DNA of 64,000 nucleotides from Kiritimatiellia bacterium (GTDB taxonomy: Bacteria; Verrucomicrobiota; Kiritimatiellia; JAAZAB01), in assembly GCA_040767085.1 (NCBI GenBank), contig JAXGPF010000012.1:32001-96000 (forward strand), read 5' to 3'. A program made the position numbers and the translations under genes. Position 1 is the first letter of the stretch. Every line of letters begins with the position of its first letter. Below the pieces are notes generated by a model. The model ran no database searches, was not told the origin of the DNA, and worked only from the letters and a program-made list of their open reading frames with translations. Positions 60,194 to 64,000 of the stretch are shown one piece after another.

Positions 60194-60287
60194 CAGTCAA
60201 TGATCCTTTCAATGCTGCTTGAACGCCGAGGTTGAGTCTCGCCATCGTCACCTCCCCGCTTCCTTTTATTTGGCATTTAATACTAAT

Positions 60288-60305
60288 TAATAATAATTAT
60301 TATTA
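60288..60305. promoter_or_regulatory. Fur/PerR-type operator candidate
   Basis: Perfect 18-bp palindrome TAATAATAATTATTATTA between the Fur-family gene and the oxidative-stress genes. Confidence 0.7.
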
Positions 60306-60346
60306 CAAGTAAAATTCTTGCGCCCCGGGGAAAACGGCTTTTTTTG

Positions 60347-60832
60347 CTAGCCTGTCGGCAGTTCCTGGCAATGGCGGCACTGTCCGCGAAATTCGATGTG
60401 CACCCGTTCGATCCTGCCGATCGAGGCCAGTTCCGAGGGTATCGCGAAGCGATCCAGAATGGCGGAGTTCAAATCGATGATCTTGCCGCAATGCGCACAG
60501 ATGAAATGGTGGTGGCAATCGGTATTGGCGTCGTACCGGGCCCGGTCGTTAATGGTGGACACCCGGAAAACATTGCCGTTTTCCTCGAAGATCCGCAAGG
60601 TCCTGTAAACCGTATCCAGCGAAATCGCCGGCAGACGCTTGCGCACCCTCTGATAAATGGTTTCCGCATCGGGATGCTCCGTCGTCAGGGATAATTCCCG
60701 CAGGATTTCCCGGCGCTGGCTGGTGGCTTTGAGGCCTTTTTGGCGGCACGCTTTAATAAAATGCTCTACGCGTTTTTTAGTGATTTTTTTCACAATAAGC
60801 GTTGGATAACAATAATTTAAATGTTTAAACAA
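60347..60832 (-). CDS. Fur-family repressor, PerR-like
   Basis: TSQR, HPDAE, ISLDTVYRTL, RYDAN..HHHFICAHC, C-terminal CRHC. Confidence 0.88.
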   Translation of the reverse strand: MFKHLNYCYPTLIVKKITKKRVEHFIKACRQKGLKATSQRREILRELSLTTEHPDAETIYQRVRKRLPAISLDTVYRTLRIFEENGNVFRVSTINDRARYDANTDCHHHFICAHCGKIIDLNSAILDRFAIPSELASIGRIERVHIEFRGQCRHCQELPTG

Positions 60833-60863
60833 TATGATATATCAAAAAAACCATTTGTCAATA

Positions 60864-61023
60864 ATCCAATTTAAAAAGTCCTGGCCGGGGTGGCTGTGCC
60901 CGCCATAGTTCGCCGCGGCGAACGACGGCCGGGAAGCCGGCCCTCCAAGAACATAAAAACCACAGGTTTTTAGAGGGGCGGATTTACACCCCAACCGTTC
61001 TGTAAGGACTTTTGAAATTAACT
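60864..61023 (+). mobile_element. MITE-like dispersed repeat, copy C
   Basis: Ends ATCCAATTTAAAAAGTC / GACTTTTGAAATTAACT; same core as copies A and B. Confidence 0.8.
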
Positions 61024-61084
61024 CCAATGTCAATTTCAGGTTGCCGCCGCACGTATGTCGCGCGCGTGTCGGGGCGCGCGCGCG

Positions 61085-62470
61085 TGTTCGTAACAAGTCA
61101 AGTGTCCGCTTTTTGTAACAAGTGATCTGTCCGATTTGTTATTGTGTGTTGTTGCTCCTGGGGTGAGGATTTTCCTCCCCCGCGGGGGAGGAAAAAGTTT
61201 ATGCGACGTCCTCCAGCGACGCCGAAATGTTCAACGGTCCTTGGTAGCGGCCAACCACATGCGGGCCATAACGGATGGACACCGTGCCATCGAGGTGCTC
61301 GCAGACTTTAACCCGGCACTTGGCGAAGCTGAAACGCCATTTTGATGGTCCAATCTGCAAGCGGCGACTCCCGACAGCCACGGTATTGTCATTTTGAACC
61401 TCTCGCGCATGCTGCACACAGAAAATGCTGTCCAAATCCTGCTCACCGCAAGGCACGAAACACGTTCCTGTTTCCCGCGCCTTCACCTTCATGTTGCGAT
61501 TGAAGGAAGGCAGAAACTGTTGTTGAATATAGACGTTGGCCTCGGCCATCGTCCGGATTCCCGCCTGCCTTAATTCCTGCGGCAGGCGCCCTTGCCAGGT
61601 CTTAAACATCCGCTCTATTCGCCCACGTCCCTGGGGGCTATAGCTCGGAATATGTTCGATCCCCAACTGTTGCAACGCCCGTCCAATTTGCGTCAATTGA
61701 CGCCGGTCCACCGCCCCGCCTTCTTTGGGCGTATAAAAGAAATGACTGCCACGATCCGTGTACAGACTGCAGAAAACCCCATGTTTAATAATGACTTCTT
61801 TCAACCCCTTCATCACCGTTAATGTCCCTTCCTGGGGCACAAGATAGGCCGTGTAGACTTCGCTGGTGGCATCGTCCATCACCAGGATCAGATCCTGCTT
61901 CTGGCCCGCCAGCAGGGGCAACCAGGCATGGGTGCTGCCATCCACCATCAACATCATCCCCGCCATTGGTCGCCGTTCCCGCTGCTGCCGATGCGGCCCT
62001 CGTTTCCGGGCCTTCGCCACCAACCCGGCCGTCTGCAAGGCGCTCTTGACCCACTGATAACTGAGCTCGATCCCATGCTCCGCCTGCAGCTTCTCGTGAA
62101 AATGCCTCACATTGAAATCCATGTATTCTTCTCGGTACAACCTCAGCACCTGCTTCACCGTCGCAAGGGGCACGCGCCGCGGCCCCGGTATCTTCCGCCG
62201 ACGATCCAGCAGCCCGTCGTAACCATACCGCTCGTAGCGCCCTTTCCAGCGCCGCATGGTCCGGTAGCTCACACCTAGTATCTCCGCCGCCTCCCACCAC
62301 ATTAACCGCCCTTCAATCGCACGCAAGATCACTTCCTGTACCTTCATTGCCCGCTCCAGTGCTGCCTTCGGATATTCATCCATATAACCCCCCTTTGAAT
62401 GCACCATCCTGACAGCTTTAAGCGGACAAATCATTTGTTAATTATGCGGCCAAGTCATTTGTTTACGACA
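61085..62470 (-). mobile_element. IS1202-family insertion sequence, copy 2
   Basis: Same ends and identical ORF translations at a constant 10919-bp offset; 16-bp target duplication TCGGGGCGCGCGCGCG (61069-61084 and 62471-62486). Confidence 0.9.
61199..62383 (-). CDS. DDE transposase, copy 2
   Basis: Translation identical to copy 1. Confidence 0.92.
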   Translation of the reverse strand: MDEYPKAALERAMKVQEVILRAIEGRLMWWEAAEILGVSYRTMRRWKGRYERYGYDGLLDRRRKIPGPRRVPLATVKQVLRLYREEYMDFNVRHFHEKLQAEHGIELSYQWVKSALQTAGLVAKARKRGPHRQQRERRPMAGMMLMVDGSTHAWLPLLAGQKQDLILVMDDATSEVYTAYLVPQEGTLTVMKGLKEVIIKHGVFCSLYTDRGSHFFYTPKEGGAVDRRQLTQIGRALQQLGIEHIPSYSPQGRGRIERMFKTWQGRLPQELRQAGIRTMAEANVYIQQQFLPSFNRNMKVKARETGTCFVPCGEQDLDSIFCVQHAREVQNDNTVAVGSRRLQIGPSKWRFSFAKCRVKVCEHLDGTVSIRYGPHVVGRYQGPLNISASLEDVA

Positions 62471-62535
62471 TCGGGGCGCGCGCGCGTTGACATTTGCATG
62501 CTTTTATGTTACACAAACCGTCAAGTTAACATTCC

Positions 62536-64000
62536 ATGCAACCAGACAGCCAAAGCCATAATCCCGCAACCGATCCCGCAACCTTGCGGGTCTGTCCGGC
62601 GCAGATCGAAGTCACGCCGGGGCGCCCGGTGGAGAATACCGGGCGTATGCTGGCCGTCATCGAACAGGCGCGCTCCGCCGGGGCGGACCTGGTGGTTTTT
62701 CCCGAGCTGGCCATTTCCGGGTACCTGCTGGGCGATACCTGGGAACAGCCGGCTTTTCTGCGGGAATGCGCCGCCTGCGGCGAACGCGTCCGGGAAGCAG
62801 CGCGCGGACTGACCGTCATTTTCGGCAATGTAGCGGTGGATTGGCGCAAACGCAACGAAGACGGCCGGCCCCGGAAGTATAACGCTTTGTTTACGGCGTC
62901 GGAAGGCGCATTCCACGGGCCGGCGGGGGGGGCTTATCCGTTTGTCATCAAGACGCTCCTGCCTAATTACCGCGAATTTGACGATAGCCGCCATTTTTTC
63001 GATCTGCGTAAACTGGCCCAGGAATCCGGTGTGGCGCCGGCGGCCTTGGTTGCCCCGGTCTCCGCGGGGCGGGTGAAAATCGGGTGCGTCTTGTGCGAGG
63101 ATGCCTGGGACGCGGATTATCATTTCGCTCCTTTGGCGGCCTTGCGCGCACATGCGCCGGATTTATACGTGAATTGCAGTTGTTCGCCGTTCACGCGGGG
63201 CAAGGCCGGCAAACGCCGGCGCGTTTTTGCCGCCCAGGCGGTCCGGTTGGGCCGGCCATTGATTTGCGTCAACGCGCTCGGCATGCAGAACATCGGCAAG
63301 ACGGTCTATGTTTTTGACGGCGCCTCCGCGGTCTATGACGGCGCGGAACGGGAGATTCTTTTGCCGTCTTTTGAGTCCGCCGCCCCGGTGTTGGATATAC
63401 CGCTGGACGGCCGGCCGTTCGGCGCGCCCGCGCCGGCGGGCGGCGGCGATGACCTGCCGGAGATTTTCCAGGCGCTGCTGGCCGGCGCCCGGCGCTTTCT
63501 GCAGCGCTGCGGGATTGAGCGCGTCGTCGTCGGCCTTTCCGGCGGCATCGATTCGGCCGTGGCGGCCGCGCTTTATCGCCAGGTGCTGCCCCCGGAACGG
63601 CTGCTGGCAGTCAACCTGCCTTCCCGGCACAATTCCCTCACCACCATCAACCTGGCGCGCCAGACGGCCGCCAACCTCGGCTGCCTCTACGCGGAAATAC
63701 CGATTGACGAAAGCGTGGAAATGACGGTGCGCCAGTTAAACGGTCTGCGCGTGGCCAGCGTGGATGGCGCCTTGCGCCGGGAATTGCACCTGACGGAAGG
63801 CGGGGTGGAAAACATCCAGGCGCGGGACCGGTCGGCGCGCGTGTTGGCGGCCGTGGCGGCGGCTTTCGGCGGCGCTTTCACCTGCAATGCCAACAAGACT
63901 GAGGCCGCCGTGGGTTATTCCACCTTGTACGGCGACCTGGGCGGATTCCTGGCGCTGCTGGGCGATCTTTGGAAGGGTGAAGTTTACCGGCTGGGCCGGC
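62536..64000 (+). CDS. nadE: Glutamine-dependent NAD+ synthetase, runs off the window end (absent from the ORF track)
   Basis: Manual translation: VFPELAISGY, KTLLPNYREFDDSRHF, LCEDAW, GLSGGIDSAV, ENIQARDR, NKTEAAVGYSTLYGD. Confidence 0.92.
   Translation, partial: MQPDSQSHNPATDPATLRVCPAQIEVTPGRPVENTGRMLAVIEQARSAGADLVVFPELAISGYLLGDTWEQPAFLRECAACGERVREAARGLTVIFGNVAVDWRKRNEDGRPRKYNALFTASEGAFHGPAGGAYPFVIKTLLPNYREFDDSRHFFDLRKLAQESGVAPAALVAPVSAGRVKIGCVLCEDAWDADYHFAPLAALRAHAPDLYVNCSCSPFTRGKAGKRRRVFAAQAVRLGRPLICVNALGMQNIGKTVYVFDGASAVYDGAEREILLPSFESAAPVLDIPLDGRPFGAPAPAGGGDDLPEIFQALLAGARRFLQRCGIERVVVGLSGGIDSAVAAALYRQVLPPERLLAVNLPSRHNSLTTINLARQTAANLGCLYAEIPIDESVEMTVRQLNGLRVASVDGALRRELHLTEGGVENIQARDRSARVLAAVAAAFGGAFTCNANKTEAAVGYSTLYGDLGGFLALLGDLWKGEVYRLGR

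Noticed and set aside
50166-62470. Composite transposon formed by the two IS copies
   Set aside because: Each copy has its own flanking duplication, the outer flanks do not match each other, and the enclosed genes are housekeeping
62487-62514. dif/Xer site beside IS copy 2 (TTATGTTACAC resembles the XerD arm)
   Set aside because: The would-be XerC arm lacks the inner ATAA and the copy 1 flank matches poorly; kept only as an alternative to the promoter hypothesis

Overview
GC-rich bacterial chromosomal window, probably from an anaerobe of the PVC group (Kiritimatiellota/Lentisphaerota-like; weak inference from gene content and the RAFTLLE prepilin motif). In order: a 5'-truncated MtaB-type methanol:corrinoid methyltransferase converging on a PocR-AraC regulator; a partial type II secretion cluster (J-K-L-M-D); an AT-rich accessory block (about 11.5-15.2 kb) with a lipoprotein, a HEPN-like gene and a nonsense-interrupted DUF6009-like gene, just upstream of tRNA-Val(GAC); glucuronokinase-galU; a polyol catabolism trio; xth; a Wzx flippase; several glycoside-hydrolase-like proteins; an unusual ACT-fused GlnE; hydG; a CHASE2 adenylate cyclase; galE-recA-short alaS; two copies of a 1386-bp IS1202-like element; gltX-glnS; a Fur/PerR-desulforedoxin-DpsL-peroxiredoxin cluster; and a 3'-truncated nadE. 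Intergenic DNA holds nested modular repeats (GTAG-type REP pairs, CGTC-type ends, a 160-bp MITE). Best leads: (1) both IS copies end their 15-16 bp target duplication exactly at a sigma70-like -35 box, suggesting promoter-targeted insertion; (2) GlnE appears to have its two nucleotidyltransferase domains in swapped order behind two ACT domains; (3) helically phased pentamer arrays bracket the AT-rich block. All calls are by eye from motifs; no database searches were run.
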